Shown piece after piece: positions 9,709 to 17,792 of a DNA stretch of 34,008 bases. The DNA comes from a virus (lineage: Duplodnaviria > Caudoviricetes). Numbering within the stretch: the first letter of the stretch is position 1; each line of letters starts with the position of its first letter. The notes under the pieces are model-generated. The model had not been told where the DNA came from and did not search any database. It saw only the letters and a list, made by a program, of their open reading frames with translations. Position numbers and translations under genes: made by a program. The stretch is taken from positions 1-34,008 of IMG/VR virus record IMGVR_UViG_3300025066_000087, one strand, 5' to 3'.

Positions 9709-10631
9709 ATATTTTAGAAGAAGTCCTAGGGTCTTTTTATAGAGAAGGCGCAAGTCAACTTTTGTTTGCTTGTCCGAAGTGTGAACACCACAAGAAGAAA
9801 CTTTCTATCAACGTGGAGAAGGGGCTTTTTAAGTGCTGGGTGTGTGATTGGTCCGGACGAAATTTGTATAGGATCATAAGAAGTTATGGTAATTATCAAC
9901 AAAAACAAATATGGAGACGCTTCAACCAACAGGTTGAAGTCAATGACTTTGCCGAAAAGCTTTTTGGCGAGACATCCAACCCGGATGTAAAGCATAAAAT
10001 TGAGTTACCTTGCGGGTTTGTTTCTTTGGCCAACAAATCTTTGCCAACAAGTTCTAAGTACCCTTTGAATTATCTGGAAAGCAGAGGACTAACAAAATCA
10101 GATATTCTTAAGTGGAAAATCGGATATACTGCTGATGGAGAATACGCCGGCCGCGTTATCGTTCCGTCCTTTGATTTAGACGGCGATATAAATTACTGTA
10201 TCGGGAGATCATACAATAATTCTTGGCCCAAATATAAAAACCCGAAAGCTCCGAAAAATATGATTTTTAATCATTTATATACGGACTTTGATGATGATAT
10301 AACCATCGTCGAGGGGGTGTTCGACGCGATAAAAGCCGGCTATAATTCGATACCTTTGCTCGGTTCTACTCTGACTGAGCAGTCTAGACTTTTTAAGGAA
10401 ATAGTTCAAAATAGCGCGCCTGTATATTTAGCGCTGGACTCTGATGCAAAAAAGAAAGCTGATAAGATAATTAAACTCTTGTTAAAATACGACGTTGAAA
10501 TATATAATATTGACGTCAGACCATATGGCGATGTTGGAGAGATGACAAAAAAAGAATTTCAAAGACGCAAAGACTCTGCAGGCATTTTGACATTAGATAA
10601 CTATTTAATAAATAGAATACAGGATATTTAA
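9687..10631 (+). CDS. DnaG-type DNA primase (Zn-binding domain plus TOPRIM)
   Basis: 'CPKCEHHK...KCWVC' zinc ribbon, 'KYKNP', TOPRIM 'IVEGVFDAI', 'LALDSDA', 'DVGEM'. GTG 9687 is preferred as start; the ORF is open from 9657. Confidence 0.9.
   Translation: MSETEKIDILEEVLGSFYREGASQLLFACPKCEHHKKKLSINVEKGLFKCWVCDWSGRNLYRIIRSYGNYQQKQIWRRFNQQVEVNDFAEKLFGETSNPDVKHKIELPCGFVSLANKSLPTSSKYPLNYLESRGLTKSDILKWKIGYTADGEYAGRVIVPSFDLDGDINYCIGRSYNNSWPKYKNPKAPKNMIFNHLYTDFDDDITIVEGVFDAIKAGYNSIPLLGSTLTEQSRLFKEIVQNSAPVYLALDSDAKKKADKIIKLLLKYDVEIYNIDVRPYGDVGEMTKKEFQRRKDSAGILTLDNYLINRIQDI
10597..10610 (+). promoter_or_regulatory. Putative late promoter motif (ACTATTTA core)
   Basis: ATAACTATTTAATA at the 3' end of the primase gene, 27 nt before ATG 10637; identical to 5627-5640. 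Confidence 0.5.
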
Positions 10632-10636
10632 TTATT

Positions 10637-11332
10637 ATGACTCAAACTGTAGAAGAAGTAGTAAAGAACTTTTTAGATGAAATTGATATTTTAGTCAAGG
10701 AATATGGCGATTCGCCTGTGGAGTCGGCTCTTAGTCGTTTACTGGGCCCCGAATTCGATATGGCGCAGCCAATTTCTACATTTGATTTTGGTGACGCTAC
10801 TGTGGATAAGGTACAGGCTCTTGAAGAACAAGTAGGCGCCTCTAAAAATGTTGTTGGAAGAGTCGCAGGATGGATAAAGGGAATAAAGCCAAAGGGCGGA
10901 AAAACACCCGGCCCCCCTAAGGGCGCTGGGACAGGAACTGCAGTGGGCGCCGGCGCAGCATCTTCTGGCATTACCCGCGGCCTCGCCGGCGGCGCCGCCC
11001 TCGGTCTTGTCGGCAAATCAATTGATCAAGAAGTTGATCTTGCGGACATTTCTACGACCGATAAACTGGGCATCACAATTAACAGAGGTTCAGCGCCGTA
11101 TCTTGAAACACTGATAGGGCAAACAAACGCGTTGATACAACAAATAATTGCTTTATTAGGTCAGTCGCAACCGACGATTTCTAAAGGATTGGACGCAATT
11201 AATTTAAGTATCGATGATATGATAGCTACTAAAACCGGTGAAACTCCAGAAGACGTCCAAGCTCGCCAAGAGCTGAATCCAAATTCCACCCCTCCAGCTA
11301 AATCTAAAAATAAAAAACAAAGAAAAAGATAA
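10637..11332 (+). CDS. Hypothetical protein with a Gly/Ala-rich central linker and basic C-terminus
   Basis: 231-aa ORF filling the gap between primase and Mre11-Rad50; no motif recognised. Confidence 0.7.
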   Translation: MTQTVEEVVKNFLDEIDILVKEYGDSPVESALSRLLGPEFDMAQPISTFDFGDATVDKVQALEEQVGASKNVVGRVAGWIKGIKPKGGKTPGPPKGAGTGTAVGAGAASSGITRGLAGGAALGLVGKSIDQEVDLADISTTDKLGITINRGSAPYLETLIGQTNALIQQIIALLGQSQPTISKGLDAINLSIDDMIATKTGETPEDVQARQELNPNSTPPAKSKNKKQRKR

Positions 11333-11389
11333 TATTTATTATTTTTTTATGGTGTCTATCTTTATTTAGAGAAGTGCTTGGAGGTATGT

Positions 11390-14300
11390 ATGAAGTTTGC
11401 TCATATAGCAGATACACATATACGTAATTTAAAATATCATAAAGAATATCGTGAAGTGTTTTCACAGCTTTACGAGAGACTTAGAGAAGAAAAACCAGAT
11501 TATATTATTCATTGTGGCGATATAGCACACACGAAGACTCAGATAAGTCCTGAATTTGTTGATATGTGTTCAGGCTTTTTTAAAAGCTTAGCTGACATTG
11601 CTCCGACATATATTATTTTGGGGAATCATGATGGCAATTTGCGTAATTTAAGTCGACAAGATGCTTTAACTCCAATTGTTTCGGCTTTAGATCATTCGAA
11701 TCTACATTTATTAAAGGACTCCGGAGAGGTTGTTTTAGATGACAAGTTTACTATTAATGTTTTGTCAGTTTTTGATAGAGATAATTGGAAGAACCCAACC
11801 AGCTCAGATAGAACTAATATTGCTTTGTATCACGGCTCTGTTAGTGGAGTAAAAACGGATACTGGCTGGACAATGGAACACGGCGAAGATGACATTAATA
11901 TTTTTAATAATTTTGACTATGGTTTTCTTGGAGATATACACAAAACCAATCAAACCCTCGACAAAGAGGGGAAGATTCGTTATCCTGGCTCGACGGTCCA
12001 ACAAAATCATGGAGAAACCAACGACAAAGGGTTCTTGATATGGGATATTCTAGATAAAGATAGCTTCACATGTAAGCATCATATTTTAGCAAATCCTAAA
12101 CCTTTTATAACTGTTAAGCTCACACCTAAGGGTAGGATCCCGAATAAGCTTGCAGTACAAAAAAACGCCAGATTACGGCTAATTTCTGAGAACAACTTAC
12201 CTTTAGACGTAGCTCGCCGAGCAGTAGACGTCGCAAAGGCGCGCTTTCAACCTGAGGTCGTAACCTATTTAAGTAGGTCTGCCGGTGAAAGAGGGAGCGT
12301 CGAAGAACTAACCAGCGGGTTGGTGCAGGAGGACTTACGTGATATTGCCGTACAAGAAGAATTTATTCAAGAATATTTGAATGATTACCAGCCTTCTGAC
12401 GAGACGCTAAAGAACGTATATGAGATGAACAAGAAATACAATAGTCTTGTTGAAAAAGAAGAAGACGTTCGAAGAAACATTAATTGGAAAATTAAGAGAT
12501 TAGAATGGGACAACCTCTTTAACTATGGAGAGGGCAATTCAATTGAGTTTTCCAACATGAATGGAGTGGTGGGTATTTTAGGGAAGAATTTTTCCGGAAA
12601 GTCAAGTATTATCGATAGTATGCTTTACACAATCTTTAACACGACTTCGAAGAATAGCCGTAAAAACCTTAATCTTATTAATCAAAATGAGGATGAGTGT
12701 CGAGGCTATACTGAGGTTGATATCGGTACGAAGACTTATAAAATTGAGAGAACAAGCAAGAAATATAAGAAGAAAATCAAAGGTAAGACCACAGATGAAG
12801 CCAAGACGGATGTGGAATTCTCTGTTTATGATCATCTAACTGAGCTAGAGACACCCTTAAATGGCATTACACGAATAGAGACAGACAAAAATATTCGTAA
12901 GATCTTTGGAACTATTGATGATTTTCTAACAACTTCAATGGCTAGTCAGCTAGGCTCCTTGTCTTACCTAAACGAGGGATCAACGAGACGGAAAGAGATC
13001 CTTGCAAAGTTCTTGGATTTGGAGATTTTTGATCAAAAGTTTAAGTTGGTAAAAGAAGATTCTTCAGATATGAAGGGGGCACTGAAAAAACTCTCTGATA
13101 GAGATTACGATTCAGAAATTAAAGAATCTAATTCTGAGCTGGCCGTTGCAGATACAGAGTTGATGTACAGACAGAGAAAACAAGAGGAGCTAGCGCTCGA
13201 ATCTCAAGACCTACAGACACAGCTTTTAGAAATAGAGAAACAGTTTAGTTCCATCCCAGAAGAAGTTATTGATATTGGACAAGTTATTAAAAAGCTTAAG
13301 AAGCTCAAACAAGAAGCTGCCATAGTAGAGGTAAATCTTAAGAAAAAACAAGAGGTGTTAAGCAGTGAAGAAGCATTTTTACAAAAAATTGAAAATTTTA
13401 TCAATGGATTTGACATTGAAGATGTTAATAGCCAAAAACAAACTGCAGAGGAATATCGACAGAAGATTGATCAGATTGAAACAGAAATTAGTAGCTATGA
13501 ACAACAAAAGGAAGCCATAGAACATAAGATTGATTTACTTCGTCAAGTTCCCTGCGCGTACAAGTTACAAGAAAAGTGTCATTTTGTAGTTGATGCACGA
13601 AGTGCAATTGGTGATGTCAATCGCGTAAAAATAGGCATGAACCAGCTGACATTGAACAAAAAGACGATCGCTGGGAAGTTAACAGAGTTAAACCCTGTAA
13701 AGCTAGATGAATACGCTGAAAAATATTATATGATTCAAGAAAAAAAGGTAACAAAAGGTGCGCAGGTATCAGACCTTAAGCTTCAGATCGAAAAAGATAA
13801 GATACGTTTAATGCAAATAGAAAGCATCCTCGATGGTCTAAAGGAGAAAGAGCAACTTTATGAACAAAACAAGGAAGCAATTGAAAATTTAGATTCTCTA
13901 GAAGAGAAGAAAGAATTCTTAAAGTCACAAATCCAGCTTTTTGATAATAAAACTGAGAACTTTAAACAAGAATTGATGGAGCTATACCGTACTGTTGGTA
14001 GTTTGGAACAAAAAAACAAAGATCTAAATAGACAGAGACAAGATTATATTGATCTGCAAGAGGAGTTCACAGCTGCTGATCTTTTTATGAGGTGTATGCA
14101 TCCAAATGGTATTTCTTACGACATCATCAAGAAACGCTTGCCTATTATCAATGATGAAATATCTAAAATTTTAACAAATATTGTTGATTTTGAAGTGTTT
14201 TTTGAGAATGATGAGAAGAAACTTGATATTCTCCTTAAACACCCGAAACATGATGCTCGTCCTATTGAGATGGGATCAGGGGCGGAGAAAACAATTGCTG

Positions 14301-14545
14301 CCATGGCCATCCGCTTAGCGCTTTTGAATGTCTCGAACCTTCCAAAGGGCGATGTATTTATTTTAGATGAACCTGGCACTGCTTTAGATGCTGAGAATGT
14401 GGAAGGCTTTATTCGTATTCTTGATATGATTAAATCTCAGTTTAAAACTGTGATACTTGTTTCCCATTTGGATTCATTAAAAGACATTGTAGACCAGGAA
14501 ATCTTAATTGAGAAAAATGACGATCGGGCATATGTAAATGAGTAG
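11390..14545 (+). CDS. Fused Mre11/SbcD nuclease - Rad50/SbcC ABC ATPase (T4 gp47/gp46 equivalent)
   Basis: N-terminal phosphoesterase motifs ADTH, CGD, GNHD, LYHG, GDIH. Then Walker A GKNFSGKSS, Q-loop, long coiled coil, signature SGAEK, Walker B/D-loop FILDEPGTALD and H-loop VSH. ATG 11390 follows GGAGG. Confidence 0.93.
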   Translation: MKFAHIADTHIRNLKYHKEYREVFSQLYERLREEKPDYIIHCGDIAHTKTQISPEFVDMCSGFFKSLADIAPTYIILGNHDGNLRNLSRQDALTPIVSALDHSNLHLLKDSGEVVLDDKFTINVLSVFDRDNWKNPTSSDRTNIALYHGSVSGVKTDTGWTMEHGEDDINIFNNFDYGFLGDIHKTNQTLDKEGKIRYPGSTVQQNHGETNDKGFLIWDILDKDSFTCKHHILANPKPFITVKLTPKGRIPNKLAVQKNARLRLISENNLPLDVARRAVDVAKARFQPEVVTYLSRSAGERGSVEELTSGLVQEDLRDIAVQEEFIQEYLNDYQPSDETLKNVYEMNKKYNSLVEKEEDVRRNINWKIKRLEWDNLFNYGEGNSIEFSNMNGVVGILGKNFSGKSSIIDSMLYTIFNTTSKNSRKNLNLINQNEDECRGYTEVDIGTKTYKIERTSKKYKKKIKGKTTDEAKTDVEFSVYDHLTELETPLNGITRIETDKNIRKIFGTIDDFLTTSMASQLGSLSYLNEGSTRRKEILAKFLDLEIFDQKFKLVKEDSSDMKGALKKLSDRDYDSEIKESNSELAVADTELMYRQRKQEELALESQDLQTQLLEIEKQFSSIPEEVIDIGQVIKKLKKLKQEAAIVEVNLKKKQEVLSSEEAFLQKIENFINGFDIEDVNSQKQTAEEYRQKIDQIETEISSYEQQKEAIEHKIDLLRQVPCAYKLQEKCHFVVDARSAIGDVNRVKIGMNQLTLNKKTIAGKLTELNPVKLDEYAEKYYMIQEKKVTKGAQVSDLKLQIEKDKIRLMQIESILDGLKEKEQLYEQNKEAIENLDSLEEKKEFLKSQIQLFDNKTENFKQELMELYRTVGSLEQKNKDLNRQRQDYIDLQEEFTAADLFMRCMHPNGISYDIIKKRLPIINDEISKILTNIVDFEVFFENDEKKLDILLKHPKHDARPIEMGSGAEKTIAAMAIRLALLNVSNLPKGDVFILDEPGTALDAENVEGFIRILDMIKSQFKTVILVSHLDSLKDIVDQEILIEKNDDRAYVNE

Positions 14546-14553
14546 ACTATTTA
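14546..14553 (+). promoter_or_regulatory. Putative late promoter motif ACTATTTA
   Basis: Intergenic, directly after the Mre11-Rad50 stop and before SD AGGAG and ATG 14575. Confidence 0.55.
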
Positions 14554-14574
14554 TATATATAGGAGACTTATATT

Positions 14575-14769
14575 ATGGCAAGAGTAACAGCATGGTTGGA
14601 CAAACATTTAAATCGATTTATATCCCGTAAATTTTTAGCATGGGGCACAGCAACTTATTTGGTTGCAAGCAACTCATTAACAAGTGAGGACTGGGTTGCA
14701 GTCACCTTATGTTACATTGGTTCCGAGGCGTTAGTTGATATAGCAGCTAGATGGAAACACGGGAGTTAA
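14575..14769 (+). CDS. Small holin-like membrane protein
   Basis: 64 aa; 'SRKFL' followed by two short hydrophobic segments and a basic C-terminus. Strong SD AGGAG. Confidence 0.55.
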   Translation: MARVTAWLDKHLNRFISRKFLAWGTATYLVASNSLTSEDWVAVTLCYIGSEALVDIAARWKHGS

Positions 14770-14771
14770 TT

Positions 14772-15185
14772 ATGAAATTAATTAAAAATAAAAGACGAAG
14801 AGACCCTAGATATTTTCTGCATGAGAATAGGGATTATGCCAAGCGCGCCCGGGCCTGGGATGCACCTGAAGGGCTGGAAGATTACGGTACTTTGTTAACG
14901 TCAGTTAGCAATGCATATGGGATATTAGCTAAGCGCGGCGGTGCACCGCCGGCATGGCCAAAGGCTATTACTGCAACTATAATTCCGACCCTCGATTCTG
15001 AGGAAGCAAGATCGGATAACATGAGTGAGGACGAAATACTTGTTAATGCTGAAAAGATGGTTCCGGCCGGCCCAGGTGCATATACGATGATGGAAACCCC
15101 TTTAGCAAAAGAGGCCGTGGCCGGAGAATCAGGGGGTTCCGGAGACGACTACGCTGACGCTTTCCCAGATGATGATGATCTGTAG
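14772..15185 (+). CDS. Hypothetical protein, candidate internal head protein
   Basis: Start at ATG 14772 after GGGAG. Basic N-terminal leader ending in L-H-E and an acidic C-terminus. Confidence 0.6.
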   Translation: MKLIKNKRRRDPRYFLHENRDYAKRARAWDAPEGLEDYGTLLTSVSNAYGILAKRGGAPPAWPKAITATIIPTLDSEEARSDNMSEDEILVNAEKMVPAGPGAYTMMETPLAKEAVAGESGGSGDDYADAFPDDDDL

Positions 15186-15187
15186 AG

Positions 15188-15334
15188 ATGGAAATAAGAA
15201 AAATAAAAGATGTAATCGTAGCTGCCGGTTTTAACCATGATGATTATCTGGTACAATATGGTCCTGGAGATTATGGCGCCGTCGGAAGAGAAATATTTGA
15301 TAAAACATATGAAGTAGGAGAAGTTAGCCAATGA
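15188..15334 (+). CDS. 48-aa ORF with a PGDYG-family motif (possible truncated remnant)
   Basis: Below the ORF-track cutoff. Translates to MEIRKIKDVIVAAGFNHDDYLVQYGPGDYGAVGREIFDKTYEVGEVSQ, exactly fills the gap and overlaps the next start as ATGA. Confidence 0.65.
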   Translation: MEIRKIKDVIVAAGFNHDDYLVQYGPGDYGAVGREIFDKTYEVGEVSQ

Positions 15335-16029
15335 AAAAGCTATTTGAAAATTTTAGAAGGTATATTAACGAAGCAGAAGAAAGCCCAGAAGAGATTCTCC
15401 GGCACCGCTTCGACCAGGAGGCGTACGATCAGCTTCCTCAAGAACAATGGGCTATCGATTTTGATGCAGCAGAAAAATTAATTGAAAAATATAGTCTTAA
15501 TTCTGCTAAAGGATCCCAGCATCGATGGGGCCGCGGCAGACCAATAGTAGATTATGATCTTGATTTAGATGACGATGAAATAGTCTATAGTGCGACAATA
15601 CAAATTGCAACAGTCAAAATATCCGAAAGAAGCTTCGAAGCCGAAGGGGATCTGGAAGAGGAAATTCGAGGTATTATTGACGATGCGCGCCTGGAGAACT
15701 TCGACGAAGCCCAATTAAGTAGTATTAATATTATGACGGAGCCTTACAGCGCGATACATATATATTATGTGCCTGTCGCCCCACCATGGCTCAGGGTCGG
15801 GTACCAGCCTACCAAACTCACACGCCACGCCCGGCGCGAGATTGAAAAAGCACAAGCATCCTACGACCCGATGAAAAATCTTGAGCTTTTTTTAAAACGA
15901 GTTAATTACATAGCTGATGAGTTAGAAAAAATAAAAATAGTTGAAAAGATAACAGATTGGCTAGCTGATCCTTACAATGAGCCGTCCGACGCGTATTCGC
16001 AGCAGGAATTACCCTTACCAGAGGTTTAA
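15331..16029 (+). CDS. Acidic hypothetical protein, candidate internal head protein
   Basis: SD AGGAG. N-terminal leader MKKLFENFRRYINE ends in I-x-E. Confidence 0.65.
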   Translation: MKKLFENFRRYINEAEESPEEILRHRFDQEAYDQLPQEQWAIDFDAAEKLIEKYSLNSAKGSQHRWGRGRPIVDYDLDLDDDEIVYSATIQIATVKISERSFEAEGDLEEEIRGIIDDARLENFDEAQLSSINIMTEPYSAIHIYYVPVAPPWLRVGYQPTKLTRHARREIEKAQASYDPMKNLELFLKRVNYIADELEKIKIVEKITDWLADPYNEPSDAYSQQELPLPEV

Positions 16030-16031
16030 AC

Positions 16032-16433
16032 ATGCTTACTAAAGTTTTTTGGAAAAAAGTCTGGACTTGGCTTAAGCATTATTGGTATTGGCCTGTCATA
16101 ATAGCGCTATTAATCTTTTCAGTAGTATCTGGCTCTAATTCAAAAAAGAAAGTTTTTGAATTACTTCAAAAACAAAAGGAGAATTATGAAAAAGAAATAC
16201 AGATCATTAAAGAAGCAGCTGAAGAAACCGATAAGAAAAAAACTGAGATCTTTACGGAACATATAAAAGAAATTGAGAAAATAGAAGAAGAGCACGACAT
16301 TAAGGTAGAGGAACTTGAAGAAGAAAAGCAAAAAGAGCTTGTTGCTACGATTGAAGAAAACAAAGATAGTCCAGACAAGCTAGCAGAGGAGATAGCTAGA
16401 ATTCTTAGCGCGGAATTTCTTAAAAAAAAATAG
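16032..16433 (+). CDS. Membrane-anchored coiled-coil protein (i-spanin-like topology)
   Basis: N-terminal Trp-rich hydrophobic helix (YWYWPVIIALLIFSVV) followed by an E/K-rich coiled coil. Confidence 0.5.
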   Translation: MLTKVFWKKVWTWLKHYWYWPVIIALLIFSVVSGSNSKKKVFELLQKQKENYEKEIQIIKEAAEETDKKKTEIFTEHIKEIEKIEEEHDIKVEELEEEKQKELVATIEENKDSPDKLAEEIARILSAEFLKKK

Positions 16434-16440
16434 GTAATAT

Positions 16441-16899
16441 ATGTTTAAAAAAATATTAGCATGCTTTATATCGGCTTTAATTATTCTGGTTCCATTCGAA
16501 GCAAACGCAGAAGAACTTGAAGGCAAGGTCACTTCAATTTCACTAGATGAAAAAGCCCCCTACGCCGGCGTTTTATTAGATCCAATCGCCGCATCAAAAA
16601 TGATTATAGATCAAAGGTATTTAAGATCTGAAATTGAACTTCAATTGAGGAAAGAGTTTCAACAAGAATTAGCCAACAAAAGATTGGCTTTTGATCTCCT
16701 TAAAGTAGAGCATGATTCCCTGCAAAAAGTTCATAAAGAGATTACTTTGCTGAGGGATCAACAGATTAGTGACTTAAACCTACTTTTAAAAGAAGAAATG
16801 GGCAATGATTATACTGAATGGTGGATTTTAGGTGGTGTTGCTATTGGCATTGTTTTGTCTGTCACCGTGTTTTACGCTAGCGTCGAAGTAGTAAAATGA
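16441..16899 (+). CDS. Exported coiled-coil protein with a C-terminal TM helix (possible spanin partner)
   Basis: Signal peptide ending A-N-A, coiled-coil core, C-terminal hydrophobic helix WWILGGVAIGIVLSVTVFY. Confidence 0.5.
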   Translation: MFKKILACFISALIILVPFEANAEELEGKVTSISLDEKAPYAGVLLDPIAASKMIIDQRYLRSEIELQLRKEFQQELANKRLAFDLLKVEHDSLQKVHKEITLLRDQQISDLNLLLKEEMGNDYTEWWILGGVAIGIVLSVTVFYASVEVVK

Positions 16900-17291
16900 A
16901 AGAAAAGGATTTGAATTATATTGCCGGATTGGAAAAGGCCATTAAAAAGAAGTATGGCGATGAAGCAATTCAAAACCCTGCCTCGCGATGGGACAAAATG
17001 AAAGAAACCGATTATCTAGAACAAGTTAAAGATTTTGTTAAAAAGCAGCAAAATTTCGAGACCTACGTGGAGCCTGAAAATGTTAACGGTGTTTTAATAA
17101 CTCAAAAACTATTTAATAAAGGTAACAAAATAACATGTTCCGTTTGCGATACAAAGAGCAAAACAGTTAATGATGAAGTATATTACATAAAATATGAATG
17201 TTGTCACGAGTGTTACATTAAATTTGTTGAGCACCGGGAAGAGAGATGGTTAAAAGGATGGAGACCAGAAAATGTCACAAAAAGTACTTGA
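16896..17291 (+). CDS. Hypothetical protein with a C-terminal zinc-finger-like motif
   Basis: CSVC...ECCHEC; ATGA overlap with the upstream gene. Confidence 0.7.
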   Translation: MKEKDLNYIAGLEKAIKKKYGDEAIQNPASRWDKMKETDYLEQVKDFVKKQQNFETYVEPENVNGVLITQKLFNKGNKITCSVCDTKSKTVNDEVYYIKYECCHECYIKFVEHREERWLKGWRPENVTKST

Positions 17292-17790
17292 TATTGTAAG
17301 AGGAATCGCCCAAGCAGCTGCCGATATTGGCTATGACGGGGCAATTAATGAAAATGGAGAGCCAGTCAAAATTGGCTTGAAGAGAGAAGAAGGGCATCCT
17401 ATTTATGGCTCTAGAGTAATGGACGGTTTTAATGTGGGTATAATGGGTGAGACTTTGGTACTATCTTATCATGCTGACGTAAAACTAAAAGAGATCTATA
17501 GCCAAGATTTCGAAGCCGAAACTGGTCGTATGATGGCAAAAATTATTTCTGAACTCAAAAAGCGATACAAATCCAACGAGGGGAAAGCCCTTACCTTAAC
17601 AAAGAAGAGTGACCCCGTTGTCAGAATTGAATCATCTAGTCGCGTACGTTGTTGGGCTACTGCAAAATGTAGCTACAAGATTGGTAATATGGGTGACACC
17701 CAGGACGTCCTGACTGACGACGGCCCTCCCGCATTAGAAAAGAATTTTCAGAAATTTCTAAAACAGGGTGGCAACAAATATAAGACTTGA
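17272..17790 (+). CDS. Hypothetical protein upstream of TerL
   Basis: 172-aa ORF with SD GGAG; no motif recognised. Confidence 0.7.
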   Translation: MSQKVLDIVRGIAQAAADIGYDGAINENGEPVKIGLKREEGHPIYGSRVMDGFNVGIMGETLVLSYHADVKLKEIYSQDFEAETGRMMAKIISELKKRYKSNEGKALTLTKKSDPVVRIESSSRVRCWATAKCSYKIGNMGDTQDVLTDDGPPALEKNFQKFLKQGGNKYKT

Positions 17791-17792
17791 AA

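Noticed and set aside
11378-11389. Upstream TTG/ATG starts given by the ORF track (11378, also 9657, 14751, 17787, 21354, 22733)
   Set aside because: Downstream starts mostly have better SD placement, give less overlap with the preceding gene and begin at the conserved domain edge.
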